Assembly: GCF_964355755.1 (NCBI RefSeq)
Contig: NC_092678.1
Location: forward strand, 18,059,365-18,123,364
Reading direction: 5' to 3'
DNA: 64,000 bases
Source: Antedon mediterranea
Lineage: Eukaryota > Animalia > Echinodermata
Below the pieces are notes generated by a model. That model was not told where the DNA came from. It searched no databases and saw only the letters and a list, made by a program, of their open reading frames with translations. A program made the position numbers and the translations under genes. Below are positions 40,349 to 53,303 of the stretch, one piece after another. Position 1 is the first letter of the stretch; each line of letters starts with the position of its first letter.

Positions 40349-41943
40349 TTAATTTATTTGACTTTTCTGATCATGTCTCATTCATTTTCAAAACTAAGAC
40401 ACTATAGGGCCAATATATTAATCATGAATATTCATGAGCTACGCCACTGGTGTCCATTAGTTTGTCCTTTCCTTAGAACTAATCAACACGAAAATATGTT
40501 AGCGTATGCCTACATATCAACGTTCATCTCATGGGCCTAGACAGTGTTTATTGGTTCATAAAATGTACTTCACTGACAACATTAAGCGTAACGTGACGTA
40601 TTCTTAATGGAATTTACGCTGCGTTGCTACACGTAAACAATCAATCAGAATATGCAAGAAAACGTTACGTCACGTATAGTCTGATTTTAACCAACTAAAA
40701 AAAAAATGTTTCACAAATGAACGTATCATACTCCATTGAAAGTAAGTTATAATAGCTAGTCTTTAATTGGAGATAGGCCTTCGAATTCCTTTTTATGAAA
40801 TCGTAAAGTAACATTAGTTAATGCAATCTATTGACATTTTCTACAGCGACGTTGAAAGGCGGTGTTTCGCGATTGAAATCCAATTTGCCGAATGTTTGTC
40901 CTCCAATATTAATTACGGAGAGCTTTCACAAAAGAAAATTGTAATTTATTTACTACATGTTGCCTTATTATAATTAGTAGATTTCATTTATATCTGTCTA
41001 CATTGTCGTCGTGTAATGCGTGTAATATCCAAGCTGTGTTTACAAGTTAGACAAATATTACATCGAGAGCTGTTGTCTGCCCGACGACGACCACATTAGG
41101 GGAGCAAATGAATAACACAGATCAATTTTCCCGACAGTTCAGATGGGCTAAAGGCCCTGACGTCAATGGGGGGGGGGGGGCGCATGCTCGCAAAGGTAGA
41201 ATCTATTGACTGGGGCCGCCCCTCCCCCTTCCACCACTGAAATAAAGTACCTGACATCATAAACGTTTAGAAATTACGTACACAAGTTTATGGATTTTTT
41301 TTCTTAAATTTGAAAAGAGTTTTTTTACACAATAGCATTGCCATTTTTTCATTAATTCGCCTTTGAATGTATAAACTAAACTATCTGTTAAACTCTGATA
41401 TGTGGATATTGTAATAACAATATCCGCATTTACTGTAGTAGATTTAGTAGACGTCTTTCCAGATTTTAGCAATGGCTGCAGAATTCATTATTTTAAATCA
41501 ATTCTTACGATACCATTTTTGTTTCGATTAGGCCTAATGAAAGAGTTAATAGATAAGAAGATAAACAACTTTATAAGATGAAAAAAACATTAAACAAAAC
41601 TGGAGCAATGTACAGAAGCTTACAGTAGACAGACAACCTTCAAAGTGTAATTTCTTCTGGGTTTTTTAAGTGACAAAACTGAGTATAATTTCTGATTTGT
41701 CATACTTTGGATGTTGGATTGCTAAAGGCAGTGTGGATTATGATTGCCTATTATTAGTCGTGACAGAATTTCATTTGTGTCCTATATTAAAATGGATAGC
41801 ATGTCTTGATTTTAAATATTTGTAGACATAATACCTCCTCCTGTTATAAATTGTTTTACTGAACTTTCTTTGGTGATTTTTTTGTTGTATTCTTTCCACT
41901 TATATTTGTCGTAAGCTCGTTGGTGAATGTTGGGATGTTGTTA

Positions 41944-42103
41944 AGCCTCGTCTACATTATCAAACTTTATGTTACAACAAAAATGTGATGTGTCCATATA
42001 TGGACATGATGATGTCATATCACTACCATGTTTAAGCATATCACTACCATATTTGGGCATATCAAACTTTTTGTCAAACTTGTTTGATAGTGTAGACAGA
42101 GCT
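41944..42103. mobile_element. MITE family B
   Basis: GTCTACATTATCAAAC ... GTTTGATAGTGTAGACAGAGCT TIRs; interior GTCCATATATGGAC palindrome and duplicated CATATCACTACCAT. Confidence 0.85.
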
Positions 42104-42311
42104 TTTAGGCATGAATTGTTTTGCTGAACTTTCTTTGGTGAATGTTATGTTTTTTTTTATTCGTCCACTTTTTATTCGTAAGCTCGTTGTTGAATGTTGT
42201 CAGTTACTTACTTGTGGTTGTGATAATTATGTACAACTGTGATAGCCAGCTTCTCTATTCTAACATCATTATTTCTCTGTTACCGCATGTACTGTTGGTG
42301 GCTATAGAGAT

Positions 42312-43381
42312 GGGTGTCACGAAAGCTCAGACCACGAAAGCTCAGACCCCCTAAGACCTAAGATCACGAAAGCTAAGACCCAACACCTAAGATTACAAAT
42401 ATTTATCTTTCGCACCTGCCTTGTATTTTAACTCCTAACATTTATTCTGAATACCACACCTTAGAATTGGCACTTTCATGAAAAAGAATCACATAAAAAG
42501 TAACAAATACATTTTTAAATTGATGATTTTACAGACGTTTTTCTCGCACACAAAATGACTAGCCTACAGTACAGTAGGCCTACCCCATGGGCCATGTTAA
42601 ATGTTTTTGTTTCTATGGAACTTCAAAAGAGCAAAAATTAGGGCTGAAAACTCTGTGGAGTCCATCTACAGTGTGGATGGAACAATGTAAAATTAAAATT
42701 GTAATGATAATAGTATAATCATGCAAGTACGAAGAAATAAATACTGGCAAATAAATTTTAATATAAAAATCATGATAAGTTTTTTTGTTTCGTTTTCTTT
42801 CTGTTTTTATACTTGTACTATTATTGTTGCTCTTTTGGCGCTCCATAGAAACAAAAACATTGAGCATGGGGAGCTCGAGGAGTTACATTACAGTATACAA
42901 AGAAACACATCTGTAAAATCATCAATTTAAAGGATTTATTTATTTGTTATTATGTGTTTCTCCTTCTGAAAGTACTTATAAGTCCTAATTTTAATGTGTG
43001 GTGTTCAGGATAAAGTTAGTCAACAAATTTGGAGTCAAAATACAAGAAAGGCAGGTGTGTAAGAAAAACATCCTCTGAATCAACACAATGGAGTAAATAT
43101 ATACCAACAACCCGTCAAGTTTGTTTGTTGTAAAGAAAAAATATACATTTACTCAACGGGCGAAAATAATGTGAGTTTATCTATGTTTTGCGGTAGTATT
43201 AAATTATATTTATGGTAATAAATGAAACCTACTGTGTTTAAAATTATGTATGGATAAACAAGTATTGTTTTTAAGCTGTAGTATATCTTAGTATTTGTAA
43301 TCTTAGGTGTTGGGTCTTAGCTTTCGTGATCTTAGGTCTTAGGGGGTCTGAGCTTTCGTGGTCTGAGCTTTCGTGACACCC
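42312..43381. mobile_element. Foldback/Mutator-like non-autonomous DNA transposon, 1070 bp
   Basis: Near-perfect ~90 bp TIRs (GGGTGTCACGAAAGCTCAGACC...) built from CACGAAAGCT(C/A)AGACC subrepeats, plus diverged inner inverted arms. Flanks TATAGAGAT / CTTAGAGAT form an imperfect 9-bp target duplication. Confidence 0.88.
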
Positions 43382-44875
43382 CTTAGAGATATGCTAGCCT
43401 TTTAAAGAGATTGATCTCATCTTTTACTGTTTTCACATTGTTACTTGTTTAGCAGTGTTATTTAATATTCATAAAATAATTTAACCATGGATTTATATAG
43501 GCCTACAATATTCTTGTTTGTTCCAGTGGTTCATAAATGTATTTATTTTGCACGTTAAAAATGTCTCTTTCTTTTTTTCGTTTGAGGAATTGTTGTATTT
43601 ATAACAAGCCTAGAAACGTGCACACAAACACGGTACTATGCATTATAATATTACAACTAATCTATAGGCACGGCTTTGCAAAACTAACAAACATCCGCAA
43701 AAACAATCCACAGCGCATGCGTAATAATAGCTAGATACCATCGTGTCTTCCTAACGATGCTTTAATTGCATGGAATTGTGTTTGGTTAGCTTATTACGTT
43801 CTAATAATAAATCGTGAAAAAAAATCTTAGTAAACGGCTGCTGTTGCTATATCTTTGTGTATACAGTCAATGAACTTCACAAGCTCATTTTAGACCTTTA
43901 AATTCGTATTACCTTCTGCAACTATGTTTGACCCAGCTTTCAAATAAAGGTTATAATTCCGTACAATACTTTGTTCTGTAATGACATTTTGATATAACGT
44001 TCGTTAAATAAAACCGTATTCTCTCACGATTTCACGCAATTTGTATAACAGAAATGCATAGCTTTATTCTTTAGCATTGTCTATTACAATATTTTTCTTA
44101 GCTCGACATCCATAACATATTTTAGTCATGAAAACGAATGTTATTGGTCACAACTCTTAAAGTATACGCGTACGCGTATTGATGTTTTTACATCATTACG
44201 CGTACGCTCATTAACAATATTCTAATCAGCAGGTACAGCCGTGTTCAGGGAACATTTTGTACCATATAATTATAGTTTCCAACACATTTTGTTGATGACA
44301 ATACAATACCGCCATGTACAGACGATAAAATCGGGAAACAGTATTTTTTTTTATTTAAACAATTTTTAATTACATAAATACAAAAAATGTGAAACTCACG
44401 AGTACATTACGTTTCCAACTGGGTCAATGATTTGACCGCTGGGACGATAATCAAAACAAAACCGAAGTTACTATACAATTAATGACGCATTAAAACATGT
44501 GAGCGCGTACTAATTTGATTTGCAAGTCAGTCAATTTAATTACAGGTGGTCTATTCAACAAGCATGTTGTTGTTTGTATACGCAATATGTATACGTGTGT
44601 ATTGTATGTTGTCAACAGGTACTGTGTATGGAAAGGGTGGGTGTGTAATAAATTACACACAAGTGTATTAGATAATCTGTTATTAAATTATGAGAATAGC
44701 ATAATACTTGTCAGATTTGGAGTCACAATAAACCGATAGAGGGAAGTATTACAGTTAGGTTTGTATTGAATTAAAGTAAAGCAATTAGAGACGCAACGCA
44801 AGTACGTTGACGCAACGCAAGCGAGTTGACATTGTGCGTTTCTACTGAGAACCAAGCTTAAGTAGTTTAACCATG

Positions 44876-45007
44876 TTAGTGGCGTGCAACGCGACTCTAA
44901 ATAGCTCACTATGTCGGGCGTTTGGTTGGTTGGTTGGTCGGTCGGTAAACGCCAACTCGACTCAAATTTACGCACGTGACTGGGCCAGCCATGTATATGT
45001 CCTTGTT
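44876..45007 (+). mobile_element. Short HINE-like element between MITE-A-like fragments
   Basis: TTAGTGGCGTGCAACGCGACTCT...(GGTT)n...GCACGTGACT...GCCATGTATATGTCCTTGTT. MITE-A-like pieces lie at ~44790-44859 and ~45060-45187. Confidence 0.8.
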
Positions 45008-46794
45008 CTGTTGCGCACGCACAGCGTACATTACTTTGTGTTGCGTCATACTAGTTTAAGCGCTTATTTAACGTTGCTTCTACGTCGTCGCGTCCTAGTG
45101 TGACGTCATCCATTGCGTTTTGATTATTGCTCAATTCTCTTGCGTTTTAAGCCTACGTCGTTGCGTTGCGTTCAATTGGGAACCAAAGTATGGGCTATGC
45201 GCTATTGCTTGTCCGTTTAACGGTTTACCTTCATAGTAGCAATAATAATAATAATTATAACAGCCCAACGTTGAAGTCACAGATGGTGTTTTATTGAAAT
45301 AACAAGGGCGTACTTTTCACTGAACAATGAATAATACAATGCATATGCATTTTTAATAGTACTTACATTAAACTCAATGAATATGTCATGATATGAAGGT
45401 TAGTTTGAAATGTAACTGAAAAACAATATGACTAAACTACTAACTACATTTATAAACAAATAATCATAGCGACGAATCACGTTTTTGTTAAAGTAAGGCC
45501 TACATGGTGACTTATTGTAGGCCTGTGAGCAACTTTCGAAAAACCTAGCATACAGACCTTAAGTTTTTGTACATGATTCACATTTATTTACTCATCGTTT
45601 ATAAATACAGTTTTTATAGCATAAATGATGGTAAGGATCCTGCATACAGAAGTTTACACTTCTGTTTTCGCAGGACCCTTTTACATAAACAACATAAAAC
45701 AATAAACACAACATAATAGATACAAAATGAAAAAAACCATTTCCTATATACATTTTAGAGTTGATTGATTCAAACTTGAAGTGATGACACTAGGAAAAAC
45801 CCTCTACCACCAAGGTTTTGGTATGTAAATTGCTATTGGTTGAGAAAGTTGATTAACATGCTGGTGTCATACCAACGATTATAGTGGTACGGCGGCAGTT
45901 TCAAATGGGGAAAACATTCTATGGTTTGAACTAGGGAATTGGACATCCAAGTCTTGAAATGATACCTTTAATTTTAAACCACCTAGGGGGCCGTTCAGGT
46001 TTAATACCCTGGTAAGTTTTCGCTATCGTTGGTGAGTAGGTCGATGTATGGGGTTCGACTCCTATGAGCTACTTCTTTTACTTATAGTGAGAGAGAGATT
46101 ATTTAGAGGGTTGGGTTTAGTTTTATTTAGAAAGTAGTTCGGGTATCTTTCACATGGGGTCGGTCCCAATTTTTGTACGAAAAAAAAATCGCGAAAAAAA
46201 AAAAATGCTACATAAGTTTAATTACGCCTCCGTCCGACCATAACATTCTTACATTATTCTAAAGTACAATATCTTCAACCTATGTCTTTAACTTTGCGAT
46301 ACTCTCTTGGTACGTAGTGTATTTTTGTATTCCATCATCATGTGTTATTATTTCCAAGGTTAAAGTAGCAGATGATTTTAACAAGAAGATCTCAAAATAT
46401 CGGCCAATTATATCGATTTTGTTTATATAGCTCTGAGCACTCACTCAACTGTGACTCATCGCCTGATTGACATGGAAATTATTAGAGATAAACTATATAG
46501 AATATAGATTATTGTTTTCTACAGTAATAATCTCAGTTTAGCAGACAGCATTAGTCACGAACGAACTGCCTGTAAGTGTAACAATATGGAGTAGGCGTCA
46601 CCGCCGGGGAAATACCATCAGTAAGAAAAAAACAAGTAGGCATATAAACGTGAGTCAGAGAAATGAAGAATACCGCATGCAGGATTTAAAATTCAACGAA
46701 AATCACGAGTTCGCTTGTTTTGGATTTTAAAACATGTTCCATCATAGAGAGATCAAAGACTTTTTTTAGCACGAGCAATGGCGTACGCATAATG

Positions 46795-47425
46795 AGTGCT
46801 TCCCACTGAAGCTTGGTTCCCACTAGAACGTAACGCAAGGACGTAAACGCAACGCAAGCGTTTTAACCAATGACAAGCGAAGTTATAGACATCAATCACA
46901 AGCGAATAAGCCATCGCTTGTGATTGGTTAATTCACTTGCGTTGCGTTACGTCCTTGTGTTGCGTCGCTAGTGGGAACCACGCTTGGTTGGTTCCCACTA
47001 TAGACGCAAAACAAGGAAGTAACGCAACGTAAGTGAGTTGACCAATCACAAGCGATTGAATATTCGAACTGTCGCTTGTCAACACGTTTGCGTTGCGTTT
47101 ACGTGCTTGTGTTTCGTCTTAACAAAATGCCCCTCTAATAATTGTTCCCCCGCCTCCGTGAAATCAAATTTTCGATGTTTGCAGCACTGTTGTATCGTCG
47201 GTTCCCACTTGTGATTACGCAATACAGCACTTTGCGTCAATACTTCGTTGTGTTGCGTTACGTTGCGTCGCTAGTGGGAACCAAGCTTTAGGACGAAACG
47301 TATGGCCATAAGCACTACGCAAGTCATTTGGCCAATCACAAGCGATAGATTATTATTATCGGGGTCGTTTTTCATTGGTCAACTTGCTTACTCGGCTCAC
47401 GTTGTTGCGTTGCGTCCTTGTGAGA
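46795..47425. mobile_element. Nested cluster of MITE family A copies
   Basis: A complete copy at 46810-46984 (inverted relative to 8227) and a composite copy at ~46988-47287. Both lie between two parts of an older copy: GCTTCCCACT at ~46798-46807 and GGACG...CCAATCACAAGCG...ATTGGTCAA at 47291-47425. Confidence 0.85.
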
Positions 47426-49166
47426 AATTTCAAAACGCAATGGCCTGCGCGTAATGTATAATTATACACATACACCAGTATTTTTAACAAAATGTGTAAC
47501 AGTAATGATTCGGTTAACCCATCGTACTATGCGGCATATCTAAAGCAAATTAATGTTTAAAATTAACCATTTGTATAACTTGATATTTACGAAATACTTT
47601 TGAAATACTCATAATTGTTATGTTTTGTTAGCCTGGTAATAGTTCAGTGTTGTTTAGAAAATAATCGTGCATTAAAATCTTAAAAATCCGAATATTGCAC
47701 CTGTCAAACCTGCACAACTATCGCCTATGTTATGAAAAGATATGAGTACGCGTGCTTGCTTCATTCATTCTTGCTGATATAAAAATTCATTATAAATTAA
47801 AATGTTCAAACATTCTTCTGCTATAAAACATATATTACACTACGGTCAAACTAGTGCGACTGACAATAAACATGATATTATATCTTCTCGAAATGGTATC
47901 CACATCTATAATACTGGCATGTAACATAGCTTACTAATGAATATATCGGCTCGAAAAGTATGTCAACAGATGAAATGATTAAAAGTCGTATTATTCGGAC
48001 TATGTCATTTCTGCGTGTTGTGAAACAAAGATTTCCCATCTGAGCCATCAACAGTATCGTCTGCAAAATTGTATGTGCGTACTTGAAGAACTATAGACGA
48101 GGTGTTATGCAGCCAGTGACGTATTATTATTATAATGTCTATGATATGGTAAAATATTATGTTGTAGAGTCTGTAATTATTGAGTTTTATATTCTCCTTT
48201 TAATCGAAATGTTGTAAATAGGGAACCAGATAAGGACATGGTACACTATAGCAAATTATATAACCCATCAGATGATATATAGATAAATTATTGTCTATTT
48301 TGTTATATAAGCTTAAAAAACTAGAGACTAATGACTTCTGTACGTACAAATAAATTGGTGAATAAATAAAAAAAAATCACTCCTCATGTTTAATACCGGT
48401 ACTAGTTCAACCCTTTAGAATAATACATTTATACAATAAGTCATTCATTTTTAATTAATCGTATTTTTTATTTAGTATTGTGATGGCACTAGTTACACTC
48501 GGTTATGCTTGATTAATTAATAGAATGACGTCATGCATAAACGAAATACAATACGGAAGAAGAATATCATTGCGAGTAAGCTGCTATGGGCGGCCATTAG
48601 GGCCAAAATAGACAAACGTTGCCGTACGAACAATTCCGCTACGGGATACCGCTGTAGGTTATGCTTGTAAACAGGCCCGATGGGTTGTGAATAAAGTACC
48701 AATGAATTTAGCTGAATTGTCATCAGGTGATTATTGACCGACATCATAGTATCATCAGTTACAATCCCTCTAGGTATTAGTGTATTTTTCTTATTCTTAT
48801 GGCTGAAAAGTCCAATCTTAGATCAACCATACTGGCAGTGGTGACATATGCACTCATTAGTATCTGTAGGTCTAAGTTGATACAGAGTTCCTTGATAGGC
48901 ATAATTCTTCTCTCATGAAGTTCCTTCTGTTGTATCTCTAACTTATTGACACAATCTCAAATTGTACTATTCAATTGTATAGTTCAGTAATTGTAAAATA
49001 GATTCTCGGGGCTATTTCCGGTTACTCCCCACTTGCTTTTTGGTGGTTCGTTGGTTTTTGAAGGAATCAATAGCTTCAGCGTCTCAGTCAATTGCTGCAA
49101 CCAGTCCATAGTATACAGCACTTGCTCATCTGGTCTAGAATGTTGAACATAATATTTAACGTAATT

Positions 49167-49222
49167 TGACGCGTTTCGTATGAGTTATGACGCGTGTCGT
49201 ATGAGCAGGTATGACGGGTTTC
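49167..49222. repeat. Short ~21-24 bp tandem repeat, 3+ copies
   Basis: TGACGCGTTTCGTATGAGTTA variants in tandem. Confidence 0.75.
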
Positions 49223-49722
49223 GTATTAGTTATGACGCGAGTGATGAATTTAAATTGAAAGCCTAATATACCAAGAAATAATACAATACACATTCTATGA
49301 ACGTCGCTATATGATTTATCTCACTGTGATCAATATCAGTTATAGAAGATAGTAATATTGTAATTTATTTATTTTAATATTTTATAAAACAAATCAAATA
49401 TACTTTCTAATTTCTGACATGTAAAACATTTATAGGAAAAAAAATCAGAAAATTATGTTGAGCACCAATATAAAAGTCATGTGAACAAAGCAAATAGGAT
49501 TTATTTAAATCAGGTATATTGCTTAAAAACCTGAAACGCATGATGTGTTTTTTTTTCTACAAAACCAATCAAAAAACATGAACCCAACCTCAATTGTGTT
49601 GAAGTAATTGGAAACATTATAGCTGGTATGATTATTGAAGGTAAATTCATTTGTAAACATGATGAATCGAGTATAGTTTTGCATCAGTTATGCTAAAATA
49701 TTTTAGTAGAAAGGAAGTAATG

Positions 49723-49962
49723 GTGGAGTTGTGGCTTGGTAGTTATGATGCTTGGCTACCACTCCAATGGTCCTGGGTTCGAGTCCCGTCACATCCCATG
49801 ATTTTTTCTAAGGACAACATTGCAACTCTACTCCTAAAGATTTGTAATACGACTCTGTTTATGTAGAGCATCTTGTGTATATGTTTTTCTTGTAAACCTC
49901 TGAGGGTCCCTAATGATCAGCAATTGATGGATGTATCACCCTCATTAAATATGGTTAAAAAA
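49723..49962 (+). mobile_element. tRNA-derived SINE (family 1)
   Basis: TGGCTTGGTAG A box and GGTTCGAGTCC B box. Colinear with 18872-19114 through GAGGGTCCCTAATGATCAGC...CCCTCATTAAATATGGTTAAAAAA. Confidence 0.9.
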
Positions 49963-50106
49963 TATATATTTAATTATATTTTAACAGTCATTGTATTATT
50001 GGTACTGCAGGATTAAGAGTGGTAGTTATAGTGGTAGAGAGGGGTTAGTGTTAGTGGGAGTGACAGTAATAGCCGTAGTGGTAAGGGTGGCGGTAGTGGT
50101 GATATT

Positions 50107-50575
50107 GGTGGTGGTAGTATCGGTCGCTTTGTGGTGGTGGTAGTATCGGTCGCTTTGTGGTGGCGGTAGTATCGGTCGCTTTGTGGTGGTGGTAGTATCG
50201 GTCGCTTTGTGGTGGTAGTAGTATCGGTCGCTTTGTGGTGGTGGTAGTATTGGTCGCTTTTTGATAGTGGTAGTATTGGTCGCTTTGTGGTGGTAGTAGT
50301 ATCAGTCGCTTTGTGGTGGTGGTGGTAGTATTTGTCGCTTTGTGGTGGTAGTATTGCTCGCTTTGTGGTGGTAGTATTGGTCGCTTTGTGGTGGTGGTAG
50401 TATTTGTCGCTTTGTGGTGGTGGTAGTATTGGTCGCTTTGTGGTGGTGGTAGTAATGGTCGCTTTGTGGTGGTGGTAGTATCGGTCGCTTTGTGGTAGTG
50501 GTAGTATCGGTCGCTTTGTGGTAGTGGTAGTATCGGTCGCTTTGTGGTGGTGGTAGTATTGGTCGCTTTGTGGTG
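50107..50575. repeat. Minisatellite, 23-29 bp unit (mostly 26), ~18 copies
   Basis: Unit (GTG)nGTAGTAT(C/T)GGTCGCTTT, preceded by a degenerate GTG/GTA-rich tract from ~50017. Confidence 0.95.
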
Positions 50576-51235
50576 ACACGTTCAGGCTTAGCTATAACTA
50601 TAGTAAGTTGACAATCTACTCACCAAAGTTAGCGATAATTGGTCGATGACGTCACCCTATGCGAGTAAATAATATTAGTTAAACCTATCGTGACTGTAAT
50701 ATAATAGTGGACATTTCAGATTTACGCGTGCGAATTTTGATTTTGAAGTGCGCACAATCATTGATCATCACTAATGTTTTATTGGCATTGATTTTCGCTT
50801 AAAATGTAAATATTACTGTCTAGTCCAATTCTATTGAGTCTTACCAAATCTCGCCAGATCGTCTCGTCGTTTTTTAATAGCTTACACCTGTTGTCTTTGA
50901 TGTATAGCCGATTTTACAGTTTGTTTAGTACTGTATCATAGACAATTCCTTGTAACAGGGTCATACGCCTGTATCACAGAAACAGCAATACTAGATAACG
51001 CTGACGATTCTCGATACTGCATCTAATTTTTCTAAATATCCGTAGACAAATTCTGTGATATATAGTAAGCAACGTATCATATGCCCTAATCTAACACTTA
51101 ACCTAACCGTCCATGATACAGACATCACATGGAACACGTGTGTTGCTGTATTAGGAAATTTGACTTTTCATACTGAAGAAATATAGATACAGTATTGAAA
51201 ATCGGGTGCGAATAATTGATATAGAATGCATGTTA

Positions 51236-51414
51236 AGCGTGGTTCCCACTCGCGACGCAACACAAGGACGTAACGCAACGCAAGTGAATTGACCAATCAC
51301 AAGCGATGGCTTATTCGCTTGTGATTGCTAACTGTCTATAACTTCGCTTGTCATTGGTTAAAACGCTTGCGTTGCGTTTACGTCCTTGTGTTACGTTCTA
51401 GTGGGAACCAAGCT
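51236..51414. mobile_element. MITE family A, 179 bp
   Basis: AGCGTGGTTCCCACT ... AGTGGGAACCAAGCT with a perfect TTA...TTA target duplication. Confidence 0.93.
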
Positions 51415-52912
51415 TTACCGCATGGGACCCTGTATCACGGACCTTTCCTGTGATAGTACGCTATCTTTGTAGACATACGTTTATTACTTTTCTGTACATT
51501 TTCACCTATACTATATATTTTTTTCTTATGGATATCATTCAATGTCTATTGCGGAGGCCTATTCTCTTGTTGAACCATATACAATGTAGGTCGCCATTCT
51601 AAACTGCATTTGATTACGTTTTAATTAAACCCTGGTCGATGACAATTACCCATCAATCATTGCGATGTTATCCAGAATAACATAAACTGAGAATGTTTTG
51701 TAAGATCAAAGCTTCTAGGGACTTAGTTAGACCTATTGTTCCTATGACAACGACCTCAGTTGACCTTTACGTTAGTTTTTAATGATTTTTTAATCTATAT
51801 ATTTCATCTTTGTGGAGAAATGGCTGGCTTAATTGGTTTCTATTGTTGAAATATCAATCTATAACGTACGGAACTTTCTTTAAATTGAATTTTTATATTT
51901 ACATAATTGATATATTATTACAAATTTGATATTTATTTTTAAAATAATGTCAGGCCCATTTCACTGTTTTTATACAAACTGTGTTTACGAATTGATAATT
52001 GTAAAAATGTCTTCATTTTGTCAGTGAGAAAATACTAGAAATTGAACTTACTCTGAATTGGTTTATCAGTTAAATACTATACTATACTATATGAATTTAT
52101 AAAGCGCTTTTCCAAAAAAAAAAAAGACCAAAGCGTTGTAGAATAATTTAAGCAGTTAAAGCAGGATCTAAGCCATTTATAAAACACCTAATGTTGTGAA
52201 ACCTCTAAGTGCTGTACAATATTTCTCCGGTAATGTTTGGATCAAACACGTATGAAAACATAATAATAATGATAGATTATAATCAATATTGGGCTCACTC
52301 ATGTTCACTTATCAAACTTTGTTTATTAAACCTGATTTTAAAAGGAGTAGTGGGTGTAGGCCTACAGAACAAAAAAAAATCCCTTCTTGTTTTCCTTTTT
52401 TTTTTTTTTTTTCTTCTTTTTTTAATAGATAATCATTATGGAATAGTTTTAATTTTGGGCCCACGCATTTTCCGTCTTATTAATAAAGTATTATGTAAAT
52501 GTAGACCTATATATCAGAAATTCTGATAATATGTATCTAATATCTATATCTAACACCTGTTTGAAATAGGCCTACAAAATTCTCATTGCTGTATCTCCAT
52601 GTACTTCAATATTTGCCCAGTATCATAGGAATATTTGGTAATACAGCATTTCATTTGTATCACATGTGGTGCTTGTATCGTGTACGATTAGGTTAGCCTA
52701 TTGGTTAGGTCTATATTATAATGATAAATGTGAAACACATGTGATGCTGTACCGAATGATCTGAAGAAATCTATAGATTACAGTAGGACTACAGAGAATC
52801 GTGTGTTTTGAAATATGTATTGATTTATATTAGTTAGTAACTAATTTGTTTTCACTCATAAACAAAATAATATTATAATACTGCTTTTCTGTTGGTGTGT
52901 TATATAATCTAA

Positions 52913-53064
52913 AGCTCTGTTTACCCTATCAAACTTTATGTGACAAAAAATGTAAATGTTTTGTGTCCATATATGGACATGATGATGTCATATCGCTACC
53001 ATATTTGTGCATATCACTACCATATTTGGGTACATCACACTAGTTTGATACTATAGATAGAGCT
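52913..53064. mobile_element. MITE family B
   Basis: AGCTCTGTTTACCCTATCAAACT ... AGTTTGATACTATAGATAGAGCT with a TAA...TAA target duplication. Confidence 0.87.
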
Positions 53065-53303
53065 TAACTTGTTGTCATTCTTTGCCAAAATACGTGATAT
53101 TTCATATTTTTACGAGAGAGTGACTAAAAACAGATTAATATTAACGATGGGCAAAAGCTGTTTGGACATGCACTAGTTATTATTAAAGTCCAATCCAGCA
53201 ACAGCATTACCACAATTAAATTATATGATACTGTAATATTATTAGTAAAATTTGATTTAATTGTAGTCTAAATGTATTGTAGGCCAGAACAATTTACAAT
53301 AGA

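Noticed and set aside
46030-46075. tRNA-like or mitochondrial-insert fragment around GGGGTTCGACTCC
   Set aside because: Only a T-arm/B-box-like hairpin is present. I could not build a cloverleaf or find adjacent mitochondrial genes.
48990-49140. Minus-strand coding exon or LINE end (…DAEAIDSFKNQ…)
   Set aside because: The resemblance to a CR1/L2 C-terminus covers only about a dozen residues, too little to call.
50013-50579. 188-aa His/Thr/Pro-rich ORF
   Set aside because: It is the translation of a minisatellite whose unit is not a multiple of 3, so the peptide cycles through three frames.
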